Source of the DNA: Takakia lepidozioides
Taxonomy: Eukaryota > Plantae > Bryophyta
Assembly (NCBI GenBank): GCA_030704615.1
Contig: CM060733.1
Span: 17,174,001-17,238,000, forward strand
Length of the DNA: 64,000 nt
Direction: 5' to 3'
Position numbers and translations under genes: made by a program. Below, in pieces: positions 48,452-59,894 of the stretch (its first letter is position 1; each line of letters begins with the position of its first letter). The notes under the pieces are model-generated. The model made no database searches, was not told the origin of the DNA, and saw only the letters and a list, made by a program, of their open reading frames with translations.

Positions 48452-48809
48452 GTACATTCATACATTAGTAGTACATTCTCTCTCTCAAAGGGAGCGAGGC
48501 TTTGAGCTCTCTGTTTGTACCTCTGTTTGTATGTGTTGGTTTTGTACCCATACACTTGCTGTAGGATCTACGAGCTTGTCTCAGTCCAAAATGCGACTAC
48601 AGTCCGTATAGAGCAGTGTGGGGCCTGGAGGTCTTCCGATGCACGTAATCTACAGACCCAAAAACACCAATAGTTTAATGATATGTACCTTCTGTCTGCT
48701 GTCCTGAAGGTGTGGTAGGTGCCGTAGCCGCCACTCGGAGGGATCGAGCTTGGATTCTCTTCCAGAGGGTATTGTAGCACCTTCTGGAACGTCTCTGGGC
48801 ACTGATCAT
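32876..48809 (-). CDS. PDF-motif + PLS-PPR-E1-E2-DYW (PG-type) organellar C-to-U RNA-editing factor; exons 48809-48689 (tentative), 36206-36121, 36008-35696, 35561-35482, 35257-32876 (993 aa)
   Basis: The last exon is an uninterrupted ORF with about 16 P/L/S repeats, E1/E2, PG box (PGRSWIE), HSEKLA, CRDCH and terminal DYW. All junctions are GT-AG with consistent phases 1,0,1,0. Exon 1 (MISAQRRSRRCYNTLWKRIQARSLRVAATAPTT) is transit-peptide-like but less certain than the rest. Confidence 0.88.
36289..37324 (+). mobile_element. Two 5'-truncated RTEX-like LINE copies (36289-36325, about 35 bp; 36335-37295) with (CT)n tails
   Basis: Both end GGCAAACAACGTCTTATGAGTACAA+(TC)n. The longer copy encodes the C-terminal CPLC..ED..H.LIHC region. 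Confidence 0.9.
37325..42590 (+). mobile_element. Near full-length APE-RT LINE (RTE-group/RTEX-like), frameshifted
   Basis: APE (ATFN, GQETW, LGDFNA, SDH) at 38990-39750. RT (NYRAITLL, QAGFR, QGCTLSPLLF, FADD, YLGV) at 40330-41700. C-terminal Zn motif, short 3' UTR, (CT)n tail. Confidence 0.93.
38490..38910 (+). repeat. Three in-frame 141-bp (47-aa) repeats upstream of APE
   Basis: GAA(G/A)GATTTGGTAC recurs at 38540, 38681 and 38822; peptide C.EP.R...EGFGTLNGLPILKVYTRR...HG..V.P. Confidence 0.92.
42591..45371 (+). mobile_element. Internally deleted copy of the same LINE (5' UTR, APE, C-terminus; RT missing)
   Basis: Junction near 44548 joins QVQALK to the WWGQLQH region; same 3' end and (CT)n tail. 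Confidence 0.9.
45372..48447 (+). mobile_element. Older, diverged and multiply deleted copy of the same LINE family; (AC)5(TC)n tail
   Basis: APE ORF 45666-46451, fragmentary RT, 3' end GCAAACAACGTCTTACGAGT, microsatellite at 48391-48447. Confidence 0.88.
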
Positions 48810-49630
48810 TCTCTCTCACAACGGGATTCATCACACTGCAAACCCCCAACACAACACTCCCTCAAATCACTGTACCTGCATCCTGTTGCAATTACACGGT
48901 TTGAATCACCAGAGAGCGCCAGGATTTCCCACACAATTTTGAAGGATTCAACCCACAATCACCTCAGTTAGTTATACATACCTTCCACAACCAAATGGGA
49001 GGTCGGGTAGCACGGCCTCTGTGTGCCTCCTCACGTGAGCAGAAGAGTCTATTCCACATATGCTTTAGCGAAACTAAAATGTGAAATTTGCTCACGCGAG
49101 CAAAAGCCATGCGAAGTTGGGGCATACTAAGGAATTTCCCGTCAGTGCCATCTCCATCAACATTTTTCATTGATTAATAGTTGCATATAATCACTAATAT
49201 GTGAAACTAGACACAATTCATTTTGTTTCGCCCATGGAAATATGGGTAAATAACCTATTGCAATAAGCACATAACAATTCAGTAGCGAAATAAAACAACC
49301 TTGCATCGTCCCTTATATGCAAAACCAAACACAACTCATTTTATTTTGCCCACAAAACCATTGGATAATGACCTACGCAACGATACCTTCAAATATCAGT
49401 GGCGGAATCCGATACCTTGATTTATTTCTCTGACGAAACCTGTTGTTTGCCTCATTATATTAAATTGTTCAATTATTGTTTGGTATTTGTGTGTTTTGGA
49501 TGGTGTTGGTTATTGTGACTAGGTTGTGACTTTGTTTTTCCCTAGTGTATTATTTTTTTGGAGGATACCAAAGCTGTAAATATTTGGAACTTGGAGTTTG
49601 TAGATATACATTAAGGGTGTCTATTTCGCA

Positions 49631-49650
49631 TTAGGGTTTAGGGTTTAGGG
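49631..49650 (+). repeat. Short interstitial plant telomere repeat (TTTAGGG, about 3 units)
   Basis: ttagggtttagggtttaggg. Confidence 0.7.
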
Positions 49651-50072
49651 ACAGAAATAGGGATAGAAGTAGGAACAAAAACCCCTATTTCGCGTCATTT
49701 TATTTCCGTGGAAACATGGGTACCCTATTGCTGTATTTTTGTGCTCACGCCTCCATTTTCCTGTGCTCATGTTCTACCAACCCCCCATGGCAGATAATCT
49801 GTGGACTGAACCCACAACCACTTCCGAGGTGGTATGTACTAGGCTACAACTTGGGCCGGAGCACTCCAATTTTTCCTTTTCGGGAATGGAATCTGTCTGC
49901 CAAGGCGCCTTACCGGGTGAGCCATAGAGAGTTGGTAAAGCTTGGAATCTGTCTTAGCAAAGTGCTTTATCACTTGAGCCATAAAGAGTTGGTAGAGCTA
50001 GATGTGCTGATCTTTGCACACTTAAAAACCTACTCACTAAAATCTGCTCACTTAATATCATAATCACGGCTT

Positions 50073-50154
50073 CCTCATTTCTTGTGCTTCTATCTTGACA
50101 TTGCTTGGGGCTACCTCATTTCTTGTGCTTCTATCTTGACATTGCTTGGGGCTA
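50073..50154 (+). repeat. Perfect 41-bp tandem duplication
   Basis: cctcatttcttgtgcttctatcttgacattgcttggggcta, twice. Confidence 0.9.
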
Positions 50155-50994
50155 CAGTGTCGGGCTGATTGGTAAGTTCCAAAGGGTCTGAGACACTTGT
50201 TCGCACATCCAATCAAAACAAGATGTAATTAGGGCATGTATGTTTGGGTGCTATGGTGTGTTTAGAAAGACTTGTTGAGTTAATGGTACATTTCTAGTCT
50301 AGTACTTTTTGCACGAATCCATACTCTTCTCTCATCTCATGGCTTGAAACATACTTGTTTCATGATATATCGTCCATGTAATTCTACCTTTTAGTATGTA
50401 AAGAGCGTCCAATTCTATCTTGCTGTCAGACATGAAACCAGAACAGCCCCAATGTTTTCATTTAGCCACATTCAATCGCCATTGGTTAATCATGTAATCA
50501 CCAAACTTTGCTAAAAATAATCTGGATTGTTGCCTCCTAACAACCTTATAACTGGACCCTTTAGCCACTAAGAAACACAGAAACACACAGTTGTTCACCT
50601 AAATCACACCCATGCCTTTAGCCGCTTTTTGCGAATACCACATCGGTCTGGGGAGATAGATGTGGCAGCCCACCATAGGTAGTATCAAATACAAATAATC
50701 AAGGTCTTGGAAGACAATAGTGTACAGTAGCTGTTGTGTGGGAAGTCGTTTTTATACAACATGAAGTTTTGGGCAGCAGTTTGATTTTGAACACAATCGA
50801 GGTTTTTTGGTGTGTGTGCAGTTGTTAGCATGGCGCTTTGCAATATCTCAGTAGCCCATCTATGCAAAGCATTCGAGAAGTCTGCACAGACTTAGTGCTC
50901 TGTGCTGAAGAAATTTTGTTTCTTGTGCAAACTCGGGTGTTCTATGTTTTTTTGCTCTTGAAGAGCAACACATACAGTTGCATTTTTTGCCAAG

Positions 50995-51263
50995 ATGCCA
51001 AGAAGCTGGATGCAGACTTCAATCCTGTTGACAATGATATAGTGGGGAATTTCGTCACCAAAGACAGGCTTCGTTCCAGACATGGTGGGACTTGGTTTAG
51101 AGGCACCAGAGAGAAAAGTCCTTTGTTTATTTTTGGATATATTGACTGAGATTGGTGGGAAGGTTGTGGACCGAGCACTGGAAATTGTGGCACATCTATG
51201 GTGGCTGCAAGGGTTTGTGGTCGTCATTTACTGGCATTGGAAGGGGATGGAGAGCTCAAGTAA
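50995..51263 (+). pseudogene. Relic of a beta-class N6-adenine/N4-cytosine DNA methyltransferase (C-terminal SAM-binding half)
   Basis: With two frameshifts: NDIVGNFVTKDRLRSRHGGTWFRGTREKSPLFI/LDILTEIGGKVVD/STGNCGTSMVAARVCGRHLLALEGDGELK*. This parallels the consensus QKP..L...I...S.EGD.VLDPF.GSGTT..AA...GR..IG.E.D. Confidence 0.6.
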
Positions 51264-51539
51264 GAGAGAAACTCCAAGGCTTGCAATGTGTGATGCCTGC
51301 TACCCATGATGTTGAAGTTACAATGGACTTGACACCTGATGAGTTGTAAACAAGTCAGAACAGGGAAGGTGTGGCATCAAGTGAGGTACACAATTCCCAA
51401 GACTCTCATATCATGCAAGGAAAACATTGCCCAAATTTGGTAAATTTCTTGGTTTTTATGCTCTTCATTTTTAGGAAGGATTCTTTTTGGGGCACATCTG
51501 CATATTATAATCTTCTAATCTGGCAATTGGATACGTTAG

Positions 51540-51631
51540 GTAGCGCACTGGAGCGCGGCCGCTACGGGCTGTAGCAGGTCGCTGTGACTGGCTCGACGCG
51601 GGCCCGTAGCGGCCGCGCTCCAGTGCGCTAC
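51540..51631. repeat. Perfect 30-bp GC-rich inverted repeat with a 32-nt spacer
   Basis: GTAGCGCACTGGAGCGCGGCCGCTACGGGC (51540-51569) and its exact reverse complement (51602-51631). Confidence 0.95.
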
Positions 51632-52271
51632 AGGCACTGTCGCTAAGGATGGAGCAGGATGTCACTGTCGCTGAGTAGGTCTTTCTGCCCTGTCACATCA
51701 TAAAGGACACACGAAGGACACGAAATACGAGATGAAAAGAAGGACACATGCTACAGGAAATAGCAGGCCTCCTCGTACGCAATCAAAACCTGCCACGTCC
51801 GCGAGATGCTCACGGCAGTGCATTACGGCTGCAATTTTTTGAGGTCATAGTTTGGGTAGATGGGCAGTAAATTCAACGGTCACATTTACAGGGACTTAGA
51901 AATCTGGGAGATAAAAAAGATTTAGTGGGCCAGGGTCCTTTTTTCACAGCATGTCGGGGAAAATGGGCCCGGACACTTAAGGGTTAACTGGGGAAGGTGC
52001 ATCAGGAGAAAACAATCCATGCTTGGTGTCTCCTTAGGGAGGAGCCAATAAATCCCCTGAAACATGTAGACCTAATTTGCTATGAGGTAAGTTGAAAACC
52101 AAACCCCGTTGGCTAGTCTAACGTTGGCTACTCTAACTTTAAGGTGGTGAGATCCTGATCCGACGGGGGTTTCTTGAGCGATGGCATCTTCCTAAACCCG
52201 AGCTGCCAAGGTTTCTAGCACATAGAAGCCTAGCTGCTCTCGGCAGTCTCTGTCCTACACGCACCACAAAA

Positions 52272-55200
52272 ATGCGTGCGTCTCTTCTGGTTGGGGCCCG
52301 CACCTTACAGCGCTCATACGCCATAGCCAGGACTTTCAATTTATTTACCTCGTATAATCGTGTTCTTCACAATCAATCGATATCTGGTTTAAGGACTACC
52401 ACAGGCACTACGCCCGGAGCACCATGCTGGAGAGGCCTTGTACACGCTGCTTCAGGTATGTGAGCTACATCTTGGAGTGTTGGCTATACGCGCATGGTAT
52501 TTCGATAGAATGCGTCGGTTTTTCTCTTCATTTGGGTGGTTTTGATTGGATTTGGTTTTTGAGAATACTGGGTTGTTTATTGGGGCATTTACGGGGGATT
52601 CTTAAACACCCTTTTATTTCGTACCTGAGACCGCCTGCTGTGGGAGTAGTTGGTCGGAAGTGTTGGGCCCTAGAAGACTAGGTGACATCGGTATTTACTT
52701 GCACGTCATTTTTCAAGACATGTGTGTCAGACCTTCGTGGAAACTGGAACTTTGGAATTCTCTCGGTCAGGAGGCTTCACGACACATACTCGACTTTTCC
52801 AAGAAGCAATTTTTTTTCAGGAATGGAGACTGCATTTTGATGTATTTGTCAAACATAAGGCTTCAGTACTCCGAATGAGAGAACCAATAGTCAAACTTAA
52901 ATCACAACCGTGGAATTTCATCAAGAACTCTATTCAGTAAAATCCGTGTGCATGGATGACCTAGAAAACTACAGGCTGATAGCTCCGGTGTAAAATGAAC
53001 ACCGCTTAATAGCAGGGCTCCCTTGGGATTGATAGCCTTATGATTTCCAAAACATGAGTGCTTCGTACTACAGATAACAAAAACCAATCACATCCAGAAT
53101 CAAAGCCCTACATAGTTGCCCATGTGGTTTCTTAAATGCCACAAACTCCAAGGGGCCCCTGGGGTAAATGGGCATTTATTTCACTTTATAGTGAGCATCA
53201 TTCCTGATCCTCAAATCCTAAATGGACCTTTAATTCTAGAAGACCAGTTCTTGAGTAAAATTGAAGGCCTTGATTTTAGGTTTGGAGGACTTTTTCACTT
53301 ATTATTTCCAACAAGGATTTTCCTTGGGGAACTTTGGGAGACTATCTAGGTTATGAGCGTATATGAGATATACTATACCTTGTGACCTTTCCAATTTCTC
53401 ACTTTGGTGTAAGATCGATTTGTAAGCCTGTGTAAGATTTACCCTCACCATGCAAAACTGTAGTCAGAAGTGTGCTGAAGTGTGACAGCACGGATCAGAG
53501 GGGAAGACGTGTCCATCAGAAAAATTGCTAATCTTTAGTGGATGAGATTCAAAACATATTAGAGCTATTAACACGTCAATCTTTCCATGATCTAAAAGTC
53601 ACATTAGTACATGACTAAAGATGCTGCAGGCGACCTTCATGGGGGTTTCTTCTGATAAGGGTATCACGTAAACTTGCTTTCAGGCAGGAATTCAGTTGCA
53701 AGTGGACTCTTTGCATCTACAAGCACCCGATCAATATGGAGGAATTCTGCACCATGGAAGGAGCTCACCAAAGACAGACCTTGGCGACTCGCCAGGTCAA
53801 GTTGGCCTGGCTGCCATTCTTGGACACAGATGATGAGACAAAATGGAATACGTGGCTACTTGAACTCTAGCTTCAACCAGTTCGGGCAAGCCTCCATACT
53901 TCCTATTTCCCACTAGGGTAATAATTCTGTAACCGTAGTATGACTATGTGAGTTGTGTATATGTGTATATACCAGCCCCTGGTTGTCATTTTCAACTAGT
54001 GTGAAAGATATTGGTGATGGCTGTAGGAGTGAATTTTAGTGTATGTTGTGTATGTCAACATCTCTGAGTGATGGTGACAGTCATAACTTGTTGATATATT
54101 AAGGTTCTGCTTCAAATGGCTAATATCGTCTAATTCGACCTCATCCATGCCGGCATTCATTATGCTAGTGAGGCCGCATGGATTAAAGTTTCAAGCTTAA
54201 ATCCATACTCAGCTATGGAAATTCTGGCAAAGCATCACAATTGGTTCATGGAAAACCCTATGATCAGCTTTGGGGGGTTAAGAATACCTCGCCGACTATA
54301 CTCTCTCATAAGGCTTGTTGTAGCCAATCTTTGTTCAGGGTACCTCGAAACTCTCTCTCTCTATCTCTGGAAGTCACTGGTTAGCTTCTTCGCAGCCCTT
54401 ACATGAACAATTAGCATTCTCTCTCCCTCACTAGGGAAGTCAGGGATGAGCTGATGAGCTTTTTGCCGCCCTTTCATGAGCAGTTAGCACTCAAGAACTA
54501 AAGTGGTGTCAGTGCCTCGCTAAATAACATAACTTACTCGACTGTTGTTATCTCATTCAGGCGCAGTGACGCACAAGTGGCTGTCTGGAGTTTGATTGGT
54601 GCCAATTTGCTTGTGTTTGGACTTTGGCAAGTTTTTGATCGCGACTTTATGATAAAAAACTTCATGGTATAGAACCCTCAAGCGGCTGCTCCCTCTATTA
54701 TTGTCTTAATGCTCCTTTATGATACATTTACATTGGCAACTGGTTAACAGAATCAAATCATAATATCAAACCCATTTGCATCATTCAACTGAGATTACTA
54801 TGTTTGGAAGCTTGCACATTGTGAATCGGTAATTGATAGAACAAATGACAAGAGCAATGTGCTTGTTGCAGGCTACAATGATTAACTCTGCCATTGGGTC
54901 TGGAATGAACTAGCAGGTATCAGTTGATTCCGTGTTTAGCGGGCGGCTACACACGTTGGTGACATCTGCCTTCAGCCATATCAAACTGGACCACCTTCTT
55001 CCAAACATGTTGGGTCTCTATTTCTTTGGCAGTGAGGTACTTCTAATGTAATGGTTTTTTTCATCCTGCTCTCTGCTAGGACGACACATTGCCTTCCAAC
55101 ACTATCCATCCTGTGTTTACAAAGTCATCATCTTGAGAATGTGTTTTGGCATGTGAATCAAGTTCTAGACAACTTTTAGAATGGATGAATAATTATCAAT

Positions 55201-57254
55201 GGAGACGGTAGATGATGAAAGATGTGGGATCCTTGAGTTGACCAAGAATTATTTATCGAATGATGTCAGATTGCTCAATTATTTGGAGGCAAGTGGCTAA
55301 TTAATCTCTATCTGGCGGGTGCAATTGCGGGTTCGCTTGGGCATGTAGCTTACTGCGTGTTTGTCATACCTTGGCTCGAGGTATGTTTCCACAGATGTTG
55401 ACAAATTTAATGCAAGCAGAAATACAGCATTCCCCCCCCCCCCCCTCCCACCTACAAACAATGCCATACCTGAATGATGAAGATGGGCTGTCCATGATGA
55501 AATTGATGCACCCAAAACAAAGGCAAGGCTCCCTTCCCAGTAAAACTAAACCCCACTCCTCCCATAATGTGTGAAGTGGCCCCACTTTCCACCCCACTTG
55601 TGCAGTAATTGACATGTTGCTGGTAAGCCAACTGTGCTATTGGAGGAGCGTTATAGTAATATAGAAAAAAAAATTAGCCACCTTAGTTTACCCCTGTGGA
55701 ATCTTCAGGTGGAACCTGGGTTCTTAACTGAAATCTTCAAATAGAATGGAGCTTTGGGAGAAGTGTTCTTAGTATAAGCATGTTAGAACATGATGATTTA
55801 TCAGCAACAATCTGACTTGTGTTGTTTTGGTAATTTTTTGGCAGGGAATTCCACGGAGTCGATTCAATCCTCGTTACACACCTAGTGCATTGGTGTGTTA
55901 ACTTGGTGCCCTGTGGACACAGAATTTTACAGGCCGGGATTATTCTATGTTTGGATGGGTCAGTCAAAAGGGACAATCTAGCTAAGCAGAAGTTCGGCTA
56001 ATGGGCCTGGTATTGCTTACCACGGGATAGTTGGCTGTAATGTACAGGTGACCTTTAAGTGTGTTTACTTGCATTTAGAGAACTCTGCATCAGCATATTG
56101 GATGCTGACCTGTTCTCATGAAAGCAATAGTCCCCCTATTCTTAAACAAACTGAAGATATTGGGACACATACATTGAACCTTGCCACCAGGTAATATAAT
56201 CTCCTCAGAATGCATGTCTGTCTCTGTACAGATCTGGGGTCATTCTTGGTTCGTCTCACGCACGGTTAAGGCTTGGTTACACTGATTATTGATTTGAGTC
56301 CAGCTTTGTTCCTTGCAGGACCTAGTAATTATCTAGTTAGGCTGGCTATAACTCTTCCCTTGGTTAGTTTGGTTAGTTTGGTACGAAGAGGCAATTTGCA
56401 GGTTATTTACATGATAAATGTGGCTAGGGGGCGAGCGGAGCAGTGAACGCCATCGTGTTGCTGCAAATTTTACTTTTTCCCACGCGAACCATTATGGTCA
56501 ACTTCTTCATTCCAGTTCCAGCTGCACTTTTTGTAAGTGTTCTGCCCTTGATTCGAAGTTAACCATAATGATCAAAATATTTGAGATGTACAATAATGAA
56601 GAATCCTTACTTAGATTCATGTGTAACTATTTTGAATCTAATCAGTTATGAACACAGGTTACATTTGTTGATTTCTTGCTGTTAATGGTACTCTTGGACT
56701 AAGAAGTCTTCACTCTTACTAGATTTGGTTATGCACTGCATTTCATGAGGGTTGTATCATTTATGGTTTGGATTGGAACAGGGTGCATACCTGATTGGGA
56801 CTGACATTTGGCAGGCCCGGAATGTAAGTGACATGCCTCATCTCTCTGTCTATACTTCTTCCTTAATTTGTTTTCTGGTATCCTGGAAAGAAATTTAAAT
56901 TGGTCTGTAGATGACTTGAAAAATACTCTTAAACTCAAGGAATTGTTTTTCTTCTGTTGAGGAGAAATGAGGACAAATAGGGAAATAACAAGCGGCTGGT
57001 GATGCTTCAAAAAATGTGGATGACTTCAAAACCAGAGGGAAAATGGGAACTGTGAACAGAGCAAAAACTGTGGATTTAAATGATTTTCTTTTTCAGAGAG
57101 ATTTTTTTTCTTCGCAAAGTTGGTTGTCTGGCGTTGACAGTGTGGCCCTTTGCATGGAATCCAGGAGGGATCTCGAACAGCACATGCTGGACATTTAGGG
57201 GGGGCTCTAGTTGGAGCTGCTGCCTGGTTGAGGGTTCGGCGACAGTGGCGGTAG
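52272..57254 (+). CDS. RBL12: Mitochondrial PARL-type rhomboid protease (RBL12-like); exons 52272-52455, 53684-53885, 54561-54666, 54917-55036, 55270-55380, 55845-55892, 56428-56532, 56782-56823, 57165-57254
   Basis: Spliced product has an Arg/Ser/Thr-rich presequence, LIGANLLVFGLW, GRLHTLVTSAFSH..HLLPNMLGLYFFG, catalytic GASG and HAGHLGG. Phases are consistent; the exon-2 donor is uncertain. Confidence 0.92.
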
Positions 57255-57850
57255 GTATTGGAAAGCAGACGGTAGTAAGTAGAAGTTGACAGCATGTTTC
57301 TAGAAAATTGGTTTGGCCCTTCTCAATTTGGGCTGCAGATTGTGAGTTTGGTGCATTGTGGTTCAAAATCGTATAAATAAGATCAATTTTGCCTGAATTG
57401 TTGTTGTTTACATATGAGAGTAGTTTGAGTTGTAGGGTAGAAGTGCCTAATAAGGGCGTTCGATTAAACTACAGAAGACCCGGTGTTGGAGTTGTAGTGA
57501 CGGAAATTCCCCTCTTGACTCATCTTTGGCTTATTCACATACACCTGACAGAGTCATTATGTATTGCACTACTTTGCTGACATACCGTTGTATGACAGCT
57601 CTTATATGACTGTCTTCTACCACTTGCTGCAGGCATTGTTGGTTGCATCATGCCCTTACTGCGGATCCGCTCCCCATACTTAGGGATTAATTGAACGTAT
57701 AAGATTTATAATGAGACCAACAATAATATTGAGCACATGATGGTTTTCATTTTGATTTGCCTTCATTAAAAACACCATAGTTGTACTACCTACAATCACA
57801 CAATTCACCACAGATGCAAGAACACACAAATATCATATGAGAAATATGTA

Positions 57851-59398
57851 AGGGAGACGAACCTTAAATGGACAGTTTACCTAGTTCGCATGGATAGAGT
57901 GAGCAGGACAATATAAAAATAATTTTCATGGATTAGCAAATCGAAAAGAAGTATGACCCAATTCTTCAGTTGAATTATAGTGATAATATGAAATAGATAT
58001 GATTTTTCAAAGTCTGGGACCTATTTGTGACACATAGGCCCCCCCAAAAGCAAACAGAAATAATCCTATTATGGTTACTTTGTCATCCAATTTTAATTTT
58101 AATTGGTCGTAAAGTAGACATGAACATAGCCTTCTATGAATATGGTTAGACCTAAAATGGACATCATTAATGGCCAATGTGGCCCAGCAGAGTTAATGTA
58201 TCAGGCACTGCTACTCTGACCCTGGCGGCCCGGCATGAGGGAGCGATTTTCTAAAATATCCCAGCTAACATCAGGTAAGGCCTAGGCCGAAGACCATCAA
58301 TTGACCAATCACCCTAATAAATTTTTTTAGCCCTCAGAAGTTGTACTTGATATTGCATTAATCACATGTTGTCTTGAGCGAAACTCCTAGCCCGCTGTCC
58401 CAAAAATCCCAATGATTAACATATGTGTAACCCTCTTTCATCTTAAATCGGTCACATATTCCCCTCAATGTGGTCCCATTTCCTTAATGTCACTATAATG
58501 CAAAGGCATTGTCACTTTAACCCTTAAGTTCCCAAGCGACCTGAATCGGGTCACTTTGAATTTGCAGTTCGACCTAATTTTTGCAGATCTAATCTGATGG
58601 GGCACACTCCTGAAGCTTTAATGACAAGGGATTTGTCTCGAGTATGATGCCAAAAAAAAAATTAAAAAAAAACAAAAGCCATGACCTACAAAAAATCTTA
58701 GATCTCTCATTTACGTTTTGGGCCTGAAAAGGGCTTGTTGACCGCTGGCGTGGCAGGTAAACAAGCCCAAAACAGATTGCACTCCAAAGGCCATTTTTGG
58801 CAAAAAATTAGCAATTTTGGAAAAAGCACTTCACCTTGTGGTGTGTGAGCATTACATACACACATCTACCATTGGCTTTCAAAACTTCTGTAGAAAAAAA
58901 AGTACTTCATTTGGAGGCACATTTTCTCTTGTCAATTTTGAGATTTCAACCCCTATGTAATTGCATGCAAAGCAACCATAGGTGAAAAAATCAGTTGGAC
59001 CTACAATTTAGTGGGGTCATAGCCACTCCACTATTGATTTGGAAATGGTGGGTCTTGGGGCAAGCAAAATTGGATAAAGCTAGGTTTTGATTGGGTCAAA
59101 CCAATTCCTTTCTCACTTTTTCTTTGGGACATGATATTTGAGGTCCGGGCCAATTATAATCTCACAATTGCCACGGTGGACTTGGCTCATTTTTTGGTAT
59201 GTCATGCATAAATGAGCTGGGCCCACTTCTATAAGGCTGGAATCTCTGGATGATTTTTGGTAGGTTTCTAGGGGCAATTTACTGCAGCTGGGTACCCAAA
59301 ATTGGTAAAAAATCAAAAAAGGGCTTGGGAACTTGAGGGTTAAGGTCAAAACATAGGTGTCCATTGAAGGTCACTGACCATTTTAGGTACGTCTCCCT
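57851..59398. mobile_element. Non-autonomous TIR element (about 1.55 kb; Harbinger- or Tc1/mariner-type target site)
   Basis: Left AGGGAGACGAACCTTAAATGGACAGT versus reverse complement of the right end AGGGAGACGTACCTAAAATGGTCAGT; TA on both flanks (or TAA/TTA); no coding capacity. Confidence 0.8.
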
Positions 59399-59830
59399 TA
59401 CCCCTAAAGGACCAACCTAACATTATGTTGAAGATTATTTTTATATATAGTCCCAAAAAAATAAAAATAAATAAAGACAAATCAAATTCATAATTTTAAT
59501 TGGCAAGGCCAAACATATTATCATGATAAGTTATGGCATCTCTTTTTATTCAAAGACATTAATGTCGCTCAGAAAACCAATACATCTCCAAGTGACGTAC
59601 TGCCGCAGCCATGGGAGCAACAACAGATGTGATCGTTTAGAGAGCTCGATTCTCTCCTCTTTGCATTTGTCTTGTTCCAAACTGGCCCAAGTAGTCCCGT
59701 CAATCGACAAGAGTTGGATTGTTCAACACGGCCCTAACTTGGGTAGAAAGTCATTGACGTCATATCATCTCTTGCCTATCAGGCGACGAATTATTCACAA
59801 CGTAGTATATTTAGTTTGTATAAAGAGGTG

Positions 59831-59894
59831 GTACCCGCAAGGGAAGAGGCTCTTATTTATGCTAACTAAGGTTGGCATCATATATATATATATA
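59831..59894 (+). mobile_element. 3' terminus of the RLE-LINE family seen at 8597, with (TA)n tail
   Basis: GTACCCGCAAGGGAAGAGGCTCTTATTTATGCTAACTAAGGTTGGCATCA(TA)n matches the reverse complement of 8597-8664. Confidence 0.85.

Noticed and set aside
49880-50000. SAKAPYRVSHRELV chromovirus pol-like snippet, duplicated
   Set aside because: Real similarity to 23410-23457 but only about 45 bp per copy; too small to call an element.
53851-53861. CACTAGGGTAA-like match to the 29571-29581 end (seen near 53911)
   Set aside because: Wrong order for a TIR pair and located inside the rhomboid gene; likely chance.
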